64,000 nt of DNA from Paraspadella gotoi (GCA_051294375.1 CM119263.1:13966414-14030413), one strand, 5' to 3'; positions 49,049-64,000 are shown, counted from the stretch's first letter. Made by a program: numbers and translations. The notes: generated from the letters alone by a model not told the origin.

Positions 49049-49928
49049 TTGTTTAGAACTGCCAATCCTCTTCCTCTTCCCCATCGATCGTACATTTTGC
49101 AGTCATCGACGAATGCGGACGATGACGACGACGACGACGATCACGAAGACGACGACGACGATAGCGACGAAGACGATTCTTCTTTCAGCAGGTAAAAGGT
49201 CTGTGCTAACGTCGCTTTTAACTCAAGAGATAAGGGAAAAGTAAGGGATAGGGTGAGGGGCGGAGGGCAGGTGGCGGCGAAAGGGGTTCGTGTGGGTAAG
49301 TTGGAAAAATCTTTCCCGCATCCTAAAAGTTGCCTCGTTTTCCCACAGAAATCCGAAATAAAATCGAATGGATAAATAAAAAAAAAAAAAAGGTTTCGGT
49401 CTTGATTTTTTTTTTATTGGACGTTAAAATTGAACGATCGATATTCACGCCCTCTTCAGTTAAGCTCCCACACTTTTTTCACACCCCCCGCCCCCTTCCC
49501 CTTCTCCCTCAATATTCCCACCCTCGCCCGATCATTCTTTGCGCCACGAAACCTCACACTCCCCACAACAAATTTCCATATCTTTTCTCTCTTTTCACGC
49601 CGCGTTCGCGTCTTTGGTCGCCACGGTGATTCGCCTCGCGTTCATGGTGCGAGTTCCTTTTTTTTGTTTTCTCGCGAGCGCCTTTCCTGCGAGGATGACC
49701 CCCATTTTTTTTCATAAAAAACTCGCGCCTCGAGAGGCGGACGCCGGCTTAGGCTGGCAACGCGGATGCAACGCGGATGGCAACGCGGATGGCAACGAGG
49801 TGACCGACCCGCACACTTTACACGTAAGAGTCGGGGTGACGTGCGACGAATGACGAGTCACGGGCAAATGCACGCTCGCTCTTTTTTTACATTTTTCTCG
49901 TTTTTTGAATTTGCAAATGAATAGATAG

Positions 49929-50016
<88 letters not shown>

Positions 50017-50200
50017 CTCTTTCTAAAAATTTGTTTCCTTCTTCGCGATTAGTGAATGCAAGGCTGATGGTCTCGTCGTTGCCGACGGCAACGATTGACA
50101 TCCCTTCGCTCATCTGCGACGATCGAGACGATAACAGAGACCAAGATTTCGACGACGACGACGAATATCAAGAAAAATGCAATGGCCACCGCCAAAGAGC

Positions 50201-50272
<72 letters not shown>

Positions 50273-52233
50273 GAGAGACAACGGTGGGAACGTCGTGGCC
50301 TCGCGAACCCTAAAAATCTTCGCGAGTGCGTCATCAATGGCCTCTGGTCGTAATCGTCGCCATTCAAAATCTTCGTGGTTGTTGTTGTCGTCGTCATTTG
50401 TTATCGTTATCCCGTGAATTTCCAGAAGCTGAAAAAACAGCGCAACTCTAGTTCCCCTCGAGCGACGAGATCCGTCAACGGGTCCCGTTTTTTTGTTTAT
50501 TCAATGTTTACGCAATGTAATACAGCGTTTGTCTATGTTACTTTTGTTTTTCGAAATTGGGAGGAATGCGGCTGAGATCGGGATCGAGTTTCGTTCCGGG
50601 TTCCCAAGACGGAAGGAACCGGTGGGAAGAGAAAGTCTTTATTGTTTATATCAGTAACGGGAATTGTTTGTTGACGTTTCGACGGGTTTTAGGAAGTGCC
50701 AAATTTATTTTGCTTTCGCAGTTTGGTAACCTGAAGCCAGTTCAAAGGAAAATGCGTGCGTGCAAGTCATTATAACAAAAACTAGTATAAAAATGATAAA
50801 AATGTGAATCTCACATTTTTTAAAGTGAGTGCGTCATCATTTTAAAACAGCTTTCATGTTCAATTCCCGCCAAAATCCTTATCAAGTTTAAAATTTTTTT
50901 CCAAACCGCAAAAGTATTAATGCAGTAAAAGGATTAAAAATGTTTTGCTCGCCTCTTGTTTAAGCGTCCGTGCCTTCGATTCCGTGAGAAACTCGAGATA
51001 AAAAACGCAGAGATCGTGTCGTTCGAATAAAAATAGTTAAATGAGTCATTAAATGAAGTTTTGTGATATTTAAAAAATAGCCTCCTGTTCGTTGGTCCTT
51101 TTTGGTCATCACCGTACTTAGGACCGGTAAGAAAGTATCAGTAACTCTCGGTCGGCTCCATCTTTCTCGTAACGACGGTCCCTAGCCTTGCTCCCTTAAG
51201 AACAATTTGTAGCCGCGAGATAACCGTAGACAGAAGCATCAGAAATGAAAGACAACAAATATACTATATAGATTTATATATTATAGTATTCACTCATATT
51301 CATGCTTTACATTATATTCCATATTTTTTGAGGGGTAACAAATATTTTGATATTTTGAATTTGATGTACAACTCAAGTTAATTCAAAAAAACATTTTCCC
51401 AATTATATCTTATATCGACCCATGGTTTAGAGTAGCAACCAAAGCCTTCATGTCGCTTCGCCAATTTTCCTCGAGCTCTCAAATCTCTTCCAAAAAATTC
51501 AAAAAAAAAAAAGCAAGAGAAACAGAGAAAAGGAGCGAAAAGCTCGCGGAGAATTCTGGTCGAAGGACGCAAGTGGATGAGGCTAGCAACGTCTTGTCTC
51601 CTCCGCCGCCACTCTGCACAACCCGATGACCAGATGCTTGACGAGGATTCGAAATATTGACGGCCTCTCGGGAATCGATCGCTTACTCGCTGGATGTGGC
51701 TATGTGGGTGGGAGGAAGAGGGGGAGGGGAGGAAGAGGGGGAGGGGAGGAAAGAGGGGGAGGGGAGAGGGGCAGCGCACGGGGGCCGGGGTAGGGAACAA
51801 GTTAACATGAATAATCAGAAAAGGTAAAAAAATAGGAAAAAGAGAGAAGAGAAAAAAGAACAATATGAAGCAATAAACTTAAAAAGGCAAGTTACGAAAT
51901 TAGAAAGAAAAGATAAGATAGACGAAAAGAAGAGCCAAAAAAGAAATTTCATGGTTTATGACAGAGAGTTAAAAAAAATTTAAGAACAGAGACAAAACCA
52001 CGGTAGGAAAAAGATAGGTAAAACAAGGGAAACAAAGAGCGGCCGGCTGGGAGATGGTCGCGGCCGCGGTCCCCTTCACGAGCCGCCCCCTCCCAGCCGG
52101 CCCATCTCAGCCCTCCCCCCTCAGCCCTCAAAGATCCCACCACGCGAGAGCCATCGTGGAAGAGACCACGGAAGGAGAGAGGAAAGCAGACGAGAAGATG
52201 GAGGAAGAGGAGAGAGAGAGAGAAGGAGAAGAG

Positions 52234-52265
<32 letters not shown>

Positions 52266-52266
52266 A

Positions 52267-52301
<35 letters not shown>

Positions 52302-52549
52302 AGAAAGAGAGAGAGAGAGAGAGAGAGAGATTAAGGCGACCATGCACGGGGTTTGAATGGAACGGGTTGGGGGGTGGGCAGACAAAAGGGGGGGAGACAA
52401 AGTGGAAACGAGGGAGACGCAATCGAATGAATGGATTGACGAATCACGACGAAAGTGGGGAGATATTCGACCAATCAGGAAAGAGAGATCATAACGTTGT
52501 TGAGTGAATTAGGTTTGATTCTCAACTAGAATTTCGTGTTTCGATCGTG

Positions 52550-52625
<76 letters not shown>

Positions 52626-53616
52626 TTTTTTCCCTCACGCCTCCTCCCTTTATTAATTTTTTTAAAAATTATGGCGGAGAGCAAGAAAAAATTCACCAAT
52701 CATTATTTCCTTTTTTCACGGATTAAAAAAAAAGTGGGTCGAAACTTTTAAGCTGTGGATTGAAGGGACGGACAAATGGAGAAAGGAAAGGAGATTGGGA
52801 TGTAGCCTCAATGGATGGTCGGTTCATTTGCGGCGAAGTTGGAGGCGAAGCTTCATTACTGAGAAGAGGAAAGTCAATTAGATGAAAGAGGAGAAGGGGA
52901 AAAGAGAGACGACGAAAGTATCGAATGTCATTTCATTTCATCCCAAACAAAAATGATATGCAAATATTGATTCTTTGAGAAAAAAAAATATTGTGGGAAG
53001 CAATCGCGAATCAACCATGGGAAGCAATTGGGCCTGCCTTTTCGAATCTTTTATTTTGAAGCTCCGCCTAGATGCGTTCCCCGCATACCTTGAATCTTCG
53101 TATTAAGCGGAACATTTGTTATTTCTTCGTGTCAACATTTCATCTCCTAAAACTGAAAAAAAAAATAAAACAACTGTTCAAAACAAGGGAACATTCTCAT
53201 GGTCGCTTTTTTGACGAAGAAACTAAATCATCAAAACAAAATCGTTCATCCATTTCTTTCTCCGATTCGTCCTTTTCTTTTCTCTGCCACGTCTACATAA
53301 ATTACGAGCGATTGCTATGATCCCATTCAACCATAACAAATTTGGACGAAGCCTATTCTTACTTTTACGGCCCAGAAGAAAGAGAAAAAAAAAAGAATCT
53401 TAGTTATTATTATTATTTTCTAAGATAAACATTATCGATAGAATCTGGGGACCCAGATACAAATCTCGATAAAATTCTTTTTTTCTCGATTGAAAGAAAT
53501 CATAACAAAATGAATAACTCGTTCGCTTCTTTCTGTTTCGTTTAGTTTTCTCTCCGTCTTTCGTTTTACTCTCTGCTCTTTCTTTCTTTCTTTCTCTCTT
53601 TCTTTCTTTCTTATTC

Positions 53617-53732
<116 letters not shown>

Positions 53733-53824
53733 TTATTGTTTCTTTTATTCTTTCTTTTATTCTTTCTTTCTTTCTCTCTTTTTTTCTTTCTTTCTTTCTT
53801 TCTTTCTTTCGTTTTACTCTCTGC

Positions 53825-53868
<44 letters not shown>

Positions 53869-53884
53869 TCGTTTTACTCTCTGC

Positions 53885-53955
<71 letters not shown>

Positions 53956-55760
53956 GAGATACTGAGATACTAAGATACTGAGATACTGAGATACTGAATC
54001 AGTTACCGATGAATAAAAAAATTGCATAACCGATCAAAAATTTAAAAAAAAACTGTCTTAAAACCTTCCAAGAAAAAAAGTTTTATACGTAAGTAAAATA
54101 AAGATTGAGCCAATCCGTGCGTAAATTATGACTTTTTCTCAACGAAATCTCGACGTCTCCAACAGATTCTTGATTAGAGCTTCCAGCGGAGTCATTATCA
54201 CTGCTCCCAGTTAGATTCTTTTCGACTCCGACAGAGTCATTAAATCGCGAGCCTCCGGCGGGGATCGTGGGTGCCGGTCTCGAGGCGAGTCTCGCGCAGC
54301 AGCGGCGTCGCATTCTCCTTTTTAATTTGGATTCGGCGGCGGCGGCAGCGGCAGCAGAACAACAGCGGCGGCCGCGTTGAGGTTTTTATCGGTGTCGCCC
54401 CTCGCTGTCTTGATTCTTGAGGTTTATATTTTTTTCCTTTTTTTTTCACTTTTTTTTCTGAAATATGAAGAGAGAGACCGAGAGAAGTTCCAGAACGGTC
54501 GCCGACTGTCGCCGGATCCGCGAAATGCTTTCTCATTTCTATAGAATAGACTCCTCAGTCCTCAATGCTCGATAAATTATAAAATTCCTCTAAAACGGGT
54601 TTTAACGTTAACTGACTTGATTAATGCGACACGAATCTAATTTCTGATAATTTATAAGCTTGAATATATAAATTTACTAACTATAATCAAAGCTTTGAAA
54701 TTACGGAACCAGTGGTGCAACTGAAGTATTTTGTAACAGTTTTAAATATTTTTAAATATTGTAAATTGATATACTAATTGACAATGAGAAAGCAACACGT
54801 CACCTTACTTCAACGGGACCAGCGATTCCAAAGGAATTCGATGCCATCTTACTCCCTCCGCCTTTCCGAGCCATTTTCACAGTTTCTCATCTTTGTCTCG
54901 ATTCGCGAAACGAAAAAAGAAAGCAAGAAAACAAAGAAAAAACCTAGAAAAAAAAAAGAAAGAAGAAAAAGAAAATGAAAAGGCCAAGAAAAACAAACCC
55001 CCGAGTGTTTTTCCTTTCTCTTCTTTCTTTTTTCTCTTATTCTTTCTTTCTTTTCTTTTTTTTCTTCTTTTCTCTTCTTTTTTTCATCCGAAGCAACAGT
55101 TTTTTTTTTGTTCCGAATCGCGAATCGGAATCTCGACGGGAGCGAAAGGGAAAGGAGGCCGATGAATGAAGGCGAGGAGAGGGAGTGAAAGGAGGATGAG
55201 GAGGAGGGGGAAGAGGAGGGACGAAAGACGAAGGGGGGGGGAGAAGATGAAGTGGGGGAGAAGAATGCGTCTCTCAAAGTTCACGTTCCCAGGTTAAGGC
55301 ACGACGCATTCCGCTCATCATCATCATCTTCGTCATCTTCGTCATCGTCCCTCACGCGTCTCGGATTTCCTCGTCACTGTAATTACGTCGGCATATTTCT
55401 CGACAATCGCCTTTCACGCCAAAGACGATGACGACGACGACGACGACGACGACGACATCGATGATGACGACGACTTTGAAGCCCCAACCCTTTTAATGAC
55501 AATCTTGCTTCCTTGTACTTCGAGTGACCGCATCACGAAAAGGCTACCATGAAAAAAACTTGATAAAACGCGTATTTTTACACTAAATTTGCGGAAAAGG
55601 TCACACAACAACAACATGATTAGTCTCCAGCCACTCCCCCATCCCAACTCTCCGCCCATCGATTTTAAGTCTCCGCTCTTCAATGATTCAATTTTCCTTC
55701 GAGAAACCAAATCTGGAAAATAAAACCCAACCTCCTTTTTGGCCTTTTCTCCTTCTCTCT

Positions 55761-55904
<144 letters not shown>

Positions 55905-56611
55905 CAATTGCCCATACTCCTTTTGATTGAGAATGTGAATTCGTGAGTTCGTTTTTCAGGGTCACGTTTGCATTGTTTGTATTTTGAACCAATAACAGAA
56001 ACAAAGGTCAAGAAGAACTGCTACATGGCTTGTTGTTGAATTGTCTGCCGATTGAATAAAAGGCTAAAATTTGGAGGCGAGTGAAACGGAGGCGTTGAAA
56101 GAGTTTTTAAGAGATCGATTTCAAGAAACAAAAGACTCCAGTCTCTCGGTCTCACTCGGTCACGTGAACCAAACAATTTCACGCTTTTGCTGGGTGAAAA
56201 AAGAGCCTCGATGAAAATGTGGGAACCATTTTTTTTTGGTGTCCTTATCGGTGGAGCGTCGAGTCCTAATTAGTGAGCGTATCCGTGAGTAATTGATAAA
56301 TCTATCGGTTTAGTGATTGGCTAATTGATGTATTGATAAATTGACAAGTGACCACCCAGACAAAAGAGCAGTTGAACTTTTTTAGTTGTTTTTCCAACTT
56401 TTTCTGGAGCTGCGGTTTTTTTTTCGCTACATGTACGTCTTTTCCGATTTACGTTGCGCGTTCACATTGAGTTTCTAGATCGGTCATCCCAGTGTTTTCA
56501 CCATCTTTCCAATTTCTTCATTCCCTTAAATCTTCCCCCTTTTTTTAACACTTTGTCTCTTCCGGAGCTCGAGCGCTCACCTGCCAAAACCCACGAGGTC
56601 GTTAAAAACCC

Positions 56612-56710
<99 letters not shown>

Positions 56711-56815
56711 ATATTTTTTTTACCAAAATAATTGCTTCCACGAGAGACGAGCAAGTAGGGGCTTGCCAGCCTATTAGTAGTTATTAAGAGATTTTCCTGC
56801 GGAGAGCAAGAGAGA

Positions 56816-56903
<88 letters not shown>

Positions 56904-59128
56904 GAGAGGGACACAGAGAGAAGGACGCGAGAGCGAGATTTGAGATTGCGCGGAGGGACGAAGCCTGAAGCAGACGAGAGGAGAGAGAGATGACACGGAG
57001 AGAGAAGAGAAGAGAGAGAGAAGAGCAGAGAGCAAGCACGAGGACCGTGTAGGAACAAGTACGAGAAGAGCACAGGACTCAGGACAGGAAGCGGAGAGGG
57101 AGAGAATATTCGGCACCCCTGATGAGACCCGGACAACGACGAACGACTTGCGGCAGAAACGCTTGGATGCCGCGGAGGAATACGACGATGAACTGAGGGT
57201 AAACGAATAGTTGGCGGCGATGGATACAAATATATCTAATTTCAAAGTAGAAATTCTTATTCGGAATTTGGAAAGATCGGCGCGGCAGAACCAATTTCCT
57301 TTGAGGTCTCTGATTTCGTTTCGAATTCCAATCTTCGCTTTTAATTAAACCCAGCGTAAATAGTCAGAGATGTAACGCAATCACGTTGCTGTCTTGGTAA
57401 AGCAAAGCTGTGCGACGGCTAGATACTTGCTCACTCTGTAATTATTTAATTATTCGCAAAGCTAAACAAATAAAACTATTTCTGACAAACATGAATGGAA
57501 TTGGAAATGGACTTAAAACTGAGGAGAAATAGATATATATTTACTAGTATATTTATTATTTTTAGTCGACCGGAAGTCTGTATTCCATTGCAAGTCGCAG
57601 CTTTGAGCTTCAAGCCGTGAGGTTCATGGGCTCATGATTTCCGCGGTCAATCCCTTCAGCAGAGAGAGAGAGGCGATATGCGATGACCCGTTGAGGGTCA
57701 TCTTGAGGTCGGGGGTTGACAATGTGGCGAGCGGGAGGCTATCAATGGTAGTAACCACGGGGTGGGGAACGAAAGAATTAAATATCCAGTCAGTGTAAAA
57801 GGTGAAAGTTATTTATTTAAAAACAATCAAAAATTTAATAGAAATGTGCAACAATTATGTCTAACTTTGAGAGTGAGAGACTTGATATTTAAGTTCAACG
57901 AATAAAGGGCGTGAATCTTCCCGGCGCGGCGCCGCTTAATCCCGCTTCCGCCTTCGTTCTCGAACGTCGCCCGCGAAACTCAAATCCAAACGGAACTCCG
58001 CCTCGATCAACTCGTTGATTCTCAAAACTCAGCAGGAACGAACCCCCACCGCCCCCGGTTCTCTTCGATCTCGTTCCCCACTTCCTCTCGTCCCGAACCT
58101 CGGGTCGAGTTCACTGAACCCCCACCGACTCTCCTTAACGCTCTCGGGGTGGGAATCTCTTTCTGACTCTTTGACGCGACCAGTCTCTCTCCCCATGCTA
58201 CCCTCTCTCTCTCCCTCTGCCAGATGATCCTCGTTCCCCTCTCGACTCGTCGTTCGTTGACCCGTGGAGTCGCGTTTACGATCTCCCCGACTTTGGGTTA
58301 AACTCGTCTCGTATAAATAAATTAAACCATAACTATTTAACAATTGTTTTTGTAGACATTGTTATAATTCTTTCTTTTCGCTGTGTTATGAATTTAGGAA
58401 AACCGTTTTAATAGTACGACTAAACCTTGTCAATACATTCGTTGTTGCACTATTAAAACTGTTTTCCTCAACAATTGTTTTTGAAATCGAAACGAAGGAA
58501 GAAACATTTAACGCGATTTATTCTGTCTTACTATAAACCAAAGAACGCCCATATAATGTCGTAAATTAACGACTAATTGAACTTTATCTCTTTAATCATT
58601 AGATTTTAGCAATGATTTTTTTTTTCTGAAAGAAAACAGCAAACAAATAATTACGTAAATGGTTGCAAAAAGATCCTATGTCAACACTCAACAATAAACG
58701 TGAACAAAAAAGGGAAAATAAAAAAAGAGATCAGGGGACAAAGATTGCGCACCCAAATTTTCGCCCCAATTTTAAAATCGATCATGAGGCGGCGCTACCT
58801 TTGCGGCTTTTCGCGGCGGACGCCCCTCGCGGTCGTTTTCCCCGTGCGTCACGGTCCGCCCGTTTGGCCGCCCCGTGTGTCGCCGTTGCTACGATCGCCG
58901 CTTGCGACCGCTAAAGATCCGGCAGTCGCGGGCGCAAAGGGCAAGGCGGGGGCAAGTTGGGGGTTAAAGCATGAGGGGCAGGGGACGAAGCAAATGAAGG
59001 GGAGAAGCAGTCGGTGGGCGAAGTGGAGAGGAGGGGAATGACGTGGGGCGCCCGAGTTGGTCATGTGGCCGGTGATCGAATTCTTTGCTTGTTTGCTTTT
59101 GTCATTTTAAACCAAGTCTGTCTGTCTG

Positions 59129-59209
<81 letters not shown>

Positions 59210-60430
59210 TCTCAACCCTTTTCTGTTTACCTTTGATAAGAGTGTTCCCTATTTTTGAGTCGAGGTTTTTCTTATCATCGAGGGATCAGCGTCACGCTCG
59301 AGAAGCGAAGATAAAGAAGCAACGACGTCATTGGAATGGAATTCGCCTTTGTTCCACTTTTCTTTTCGCCTCATTGGTAGTTTAGTTAGTCAAATTAACA
59401 AAATGCCTCACAACAAAAAATATTCTAACATCGCCCCATATAGGCCGAAATATAAAGCATTTTCCTTTTTGACATAAAAGCAATAATATTCTGACAGAAC
59501 CATCCATCTTTCCCCCTTTAATTCGTCATTTAACAGACTGCCTGGCAACCCCAGCTTACCATCACTGATCCGTCGCGAACCGAATCACCATAAAACTTAC
59601 CCAAAATCCTGTTTGGCCGCGCGACTTGGAAGATCGCGTGGAGAAATTGGAAAGGAACCGGTTCTTCGATTCGAGGCGTTGAACGCTGTGGGGCGTTGCG
59701 GTGTTTCTTTGTGGATACTGTTTTACATGAATCAAAATTAAATCAACTAAAAATCACTTCAAATTTTAAAACACAATTATTTTGTACCGTTTACGCTTTT
59801 TAATTTTTTAAACTCTAATGTATAAAAATTATCATTACGTAGAACCAAAAATGTACCAAAATATTTAATTCATCTCCCATCCCCTGAACGAGATCCTCAC
59901 CCGAAAATTCGTCACGAGCGAGTGACTGATTAAGCGAACCGTTTCTTCGGCTTCGTTGTCTTCGTCTTCGTCGTCGTCGTCATCGTCGCCCCGGGCCTCC
60001 ACTTTGGCCTTTGGCCGCCTCGAGCCTTCCAACCGGTCCTGAAATAGCAGCCCAGGATGGCCTAGGGCCCGCAATCATCTTCCCTCCGCTGGTGCGGCCC
60101 CCGGATCGCCGCCAGCCGCCGATGACGTCCCTCGGAGCGCCCCGAGCGTGCTCGAGCGGCGCCGGGGACCGCCGGCGGCGGCGCGAGCGACGATGGGGAA
60201 CTTTAACGCGGCTTTGCCCGGACGAGTCCGCGCGAGTCTCTGCCCGACAACCTATCTGATTATAAAGAGCGAGGAACGACAGGATCGTGACTGCAGGATG
60301 GAAAGGCTGTAAGTCAAGGGGAAAATTAATTGATCTATAAAAATATTTTATCTATCATATATATATTTTTATATTGGTTGTTCCAATTTCTTGTACTTCA
60401 ACTATTCCATATAATGTGAGTAGCAAAAAA

Positions 60431-60533
<103 letters not shown>

Positions 60534-60981
60534 TTATTCTCTCTATCTATTTTTCTTTCTTTCTTTCTTTTTGTTTGTTTATTTTTTTTCTTTCTTTTTC
60601 TATCTTTTTTCTTTGACTGATTTTCTTTTAGTTTCTTTATTTCGACTCTCAATCAACCCAGTGAGTTCGTGATAGTAAAAAATGTTACAGTACACTATTC
60701 GTTATCCTCTTCTTCCTCCTCCTCCTCCTCCTCCTTTTCTTGCTCTTTCGTAATCATCGTCGATGAATGACGAATCATGCGCCCGAATTGTGACCAGGAT
60801 CGCGGTTTGGCAGAATGGCACAGGATGGCAGGGTCGAGGGATCGCGCCCGGACAAGACCCCGATCCTTTTGTCCGTCGCCTCTCCTCGTCTCCAAGAAAA
60901 GCAAATGGAAATGGAATCTTCAAATCCTCATCCGACTCTTCCTCCTCCTAATCCCCTCTTCTATTCACGACGCCTTCTTTT

Positions 60982-61027
<46 letters not shown>

Positions 61028-61124
61028 TGCGTTCCCGCGGTCCCAACGCCGGCACCAGGTGTCGTCCCTTCTATGCAAATGAGATCACGAGACGCAAGGA
61101 GTGATCGAGTTTTCCGTGATTTTT

Positions 61125-61356
61125 NNNNNNNNNNNNNNNNNNNNNNNNNNNNNNNNNNNNNNNNNNNNNNNNNNNNNNNNNNNNNNNNNNNNNNNNNNNN
61201 NNNNNNNNNNNNNNNNNNNNNNNNNNNNNNNNNNNNNNNNNNNNNNNNNNNNNNNNNNNNNNNNNNNNNNNNNNNNNNNNNNNNNNNNNNNNNNNNNNNN
61301 NNNNNNNNNNNNNNNNNNNNNNNNNNNNNNNNNNNNNNNNNNNNNNNNNNNNNNNA
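61125..61356. other. Assembly gap (232 N)
   Basis: Run of N. Confidence 1.
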
Positions 61357-61453
61357 AGTTTTATAAAGGTACTATTAGCAGACAAGAGTCTGAAAAATAG
61401 CTATTACTTATGATTGGGCACTCGTCTTCCGCAAACGACGACAACCACTCCAC

Positions 61454-64000
61454 TGGCTAATTGATGTATTGGATTAAAATTGACAAGTGAAGCACCCAGG
61501 ACAACAAGAGCAGTTGAACTTTCTTTTAAGTGTGTTTTTCCAAAACTGTTTTCTGGAGCTGGTGCGGTTTTTTTTTCTTTTCGGCTAACAATGGTACGTC
61601 TTTTTCCGATGTCTACGGTTGCCGCGTTCACAGATTATTGAGGTTTCTAGAGATCGTCATCTCCCAGGTGTTTTTCACAACAACAACCCCCATCCCCTTG
61701 TTTTCCAATATTCGCTCTTCTTCTTCATTCCCAGTTAAAATCTTCCCCTCGAGAGGCCGCAGCGAGCCATTTTTTTTTTAACTTTGTTCCTCTTGCCGGA
61801 CGCTTGCGAGGCGGTCTCACCTGCCCAAAACCAAAAACCCCACCGAGGAAGTCGTTAAACCGAGAGAACCGAGTTAGGCAACCCTAGAGAGAGGAGAAGA
61901 ATGAGAGGAGAGAGAGAGACGAGATGAGGGGAAGAGTAAGGACTATGAGAGAGAGAGAGAGAGAGAGAGGAGAGAGTAGAAACGAGAGAGAGAGACGAGA
62001 GTATCACTCATGTTTTTTTTTACGGCAGAAATAAATTGCTCCATTCGAGAGAAGGCAAGTAGGGGCCTCTTGCCAGCCTCATTAGTAGTTATTGAAAGAT
62101 TTCCTGCGGAGAAGCAGAGAGAGAGAGAGACGGAGAGAGAGCACGAGAGAGAAGGACGAGCGGAGTAGAGAGAGAGAGAGAAGAGAGACGAGAGAGAGAG
62201 AGAGTAGAGAGAGAAGAGCCGAGGAGCGAGAGCGATATCGATAGTGAAGTGGAAACGCGGGATTCCGGAAGCAAGGAACGCGAGACCTGGCGCCCCGAGT
62301 TGTGCCAATCAAACGGAACCGCAACCCGCTGATGAGAATACGGTCGCGGAGACAGAACTCGACGAACCTGAGGCTCTGGATGGAGCGGCAGGAGAAGCGC
62401 AGGCATGTTGGCGGTTGGATGCGCCGTGGCGAGAGGATCATCAACGACCGAAATAACGAGGACGATGAACTGAGAAGGGTAAAAACGAATAGTTGCGGAC
62501 GCGAGAATGGGGATAGAAGTGCAAATATAAGGCTGTTGTCTATGATTTGTTCTAAAGTAGGAAATTCTTATTCGGAACGGGTCATTTGGAAAGATTCGGG
62601 TTGCGCGGCAGCAACCGATTTCGACTTTGGAGGTCTACTGATTTCGTTTCGATCTCCAATCGTGTCCGCTATTTATATTTAAACCACAGGCGTAAATAGT
62701 CAGAGATGTAATAGAGTCAATTCACAGGTGGGGTGGTAGAGGCCGCCTCTAGGCGCCGCGACCGTAGTTTTGCTCGTCCTTGGTAAAGGCAGGCCAAAGC
62801 TTGTGCGATGACGAGGTTGGCTAGAGTACTGGATGCTCAGCTGACCTCGTAGATATTGAATTTTATTTAAAATTATTCGTGCAAAGCTATAAACAATAAC
62901 CTAGGATTTCTGGACAACATTTGGAATGGAAATTCGAAGATTGACTTAAAAAAAAGGAACTTGAGGAAAAATAGATATAATAGCAGCCGTCTTAGCTAGT
63001 TCAAAAAACTATTTATTATCTTATTAGTTATAGGGTACGAGGCGGGACCGTGGGAGGTCCTGTATTTATTCCAGAAGGAACATTGCAGGCAGAAGAAAAG
63101 AGCTACAGTCGCACCGCAGCGTCGCGCGCTTCTTTTCTTGTTTTGAGGCTTCATCAGGATTGGATCGGAGGGCAACAGCCCACAAAAAAAGCCCGTGAGG
63201 GTTACATCAGCCAGGGCTCGCGGTGAGATTTGGATTCGGTTTGTGTGTCCCATTTTTGAGTCTGCCTGGGCGGCGGGTCCAATCCCTCCTTCTAGCAGAG
63301 AGGAGAGAGCGGGCGATTCAAAGTGCCGCGATGGTGACCCTTGAGGTCATCTCTTGAGGTCGGGGGTTGAAGCAATAGTGGCGGAGCCTAGGCGAGGCTA
63401 ATCAAAATGGGTAGTAAGCTCGGCCCATCCCGAGTCACAGCGACGCCCGGGCGCAGGCCCCAGGGTGTTGGGGAAACGAAAGAAATTAAATATTTTCCAG
63501 TCAGGTGTAAAAGGTGAAAGGTTATTTCTAAAAAATTGTTTGGTTTATATGTCTGCTTTAAAGAAACCCGACAACTCAAGACGAATATTGTGCTACTTTG
63601 AGAGTGATGAGATTGATATTTAATGTTAAACGAATAAAATGGAGGGCGGAATCTTCATTTTCATCTTTCCCGGCGCGGCGCCTGATCTAATTTCATGTTT
63701 TGTTATAATTTTCCCGCTTTCCGCTCCTATCTCGTTCTCATCGGATGGATGACGGTTTCGGCGCTCGCGAAAATCAAACCAACTCAAATCCAAGGGAACT
63801 AACGGAACTCCGGGCTTGATAACCTCGTGATGTTCTTGTGTTTTAGGGAGCACTCTATTTTCTCAAAAACTCAGCGGCAGGGCAACGCCAAACCACCACA
63901 CCCCACATTGGCTGCTCCGCCTAGCTCACCGCGACACGGTCAGCTCGCAATCGTTCTCATCGACCCGCCGGATCGTCGTCCTCAGTATTCCCCACTATTA
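61454..64000 (+). repeat. Insertion-rich direct copy of ~56318-58083 (probable assembly artefact)
   Basis: Collinear throughout, e.g. 56318 TGGCTAATTGATGTATTGATAAATTGACAAGTGACCACCCAGA vs 61454 TGGCTAATTGATGTATTGGATTAAAATTGACAAGTGAAGCACCCAGGA. About 1.77 kb is expanded to about 2.55 kb by scattered small insertions. Confidence 0.9.

Noticed and set aside
49755-49800. 12-bp repeat GGCAACGCGGAT x~3.5
   Set aside because: Short tandem repeat without spacers; not CRISPR-like and no supportable function.
54083-54536. GC-rich minus-strand ORFs
   Set aside because: No recognisable domain or consistent splice structure.
57040-57200. Possible exon ending DDELR|gtaaac, and CTGATGA at 57119
   Set aside because: No recognisable homology or acceptor, and no stem II/GAAA geometry for a hammerhead.
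61943-63853. ORFs after the gap
   Set aside because: They lie in the error-rich duplicated copy and are not preserved in the 56.3-58.1 kb version.

Overview
This is eukaryotic (metazoan, invertebrate-like) genomic DNA with AT-rich introns, GC/CpG-rich exons and many (GA)n microsatellites. I assembled the gene models by hand from GT-AG sites and reading-frame phase; no database searches were run. In order, the window holds: (1) the last two exons of a canonical groucho/TLE gene; (2) a minus-strand 5-exon gene encoding a protein made almost entirely of six degenerate SH3 domains; (3) a 4-exon gene fusing two CNBP-like CCHC zinc knuckles to a YTHDF-type m6A-reader domain; (4) a divergent 12-exon groucho paralog with an intact WD40 propeller but no recognisable Q domain; (5) a 13-exon Ig-superfamily receptor with a tandem ITIM+ITSM tail; (6) a GPI-anchored three-finger (Ly6/uPAR-like) protein with a hevein-like module inserted in it, head-to-head with (7) a candidate small secreted polybasic precursor; (8) tRNA-Arg(TCG); (9) a candidate minimal type-I hammerhead ribozyme of the Penelope-associated kind; (10) a single-exon cadherin-related gene. 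From 48.3 kb onward nothing is recognisably coding. The sequence after the N gap is an insertion-riddled copy of 56.3-58.1 kb and is probably an assembly artefact. The most unusual items are the CCHC-YTH fusion, the Q-less groucho paralog, the hexa-SH3 protein, the hevein-in-LU protein, the ITIM/ITSM receptor and the hammerhead.
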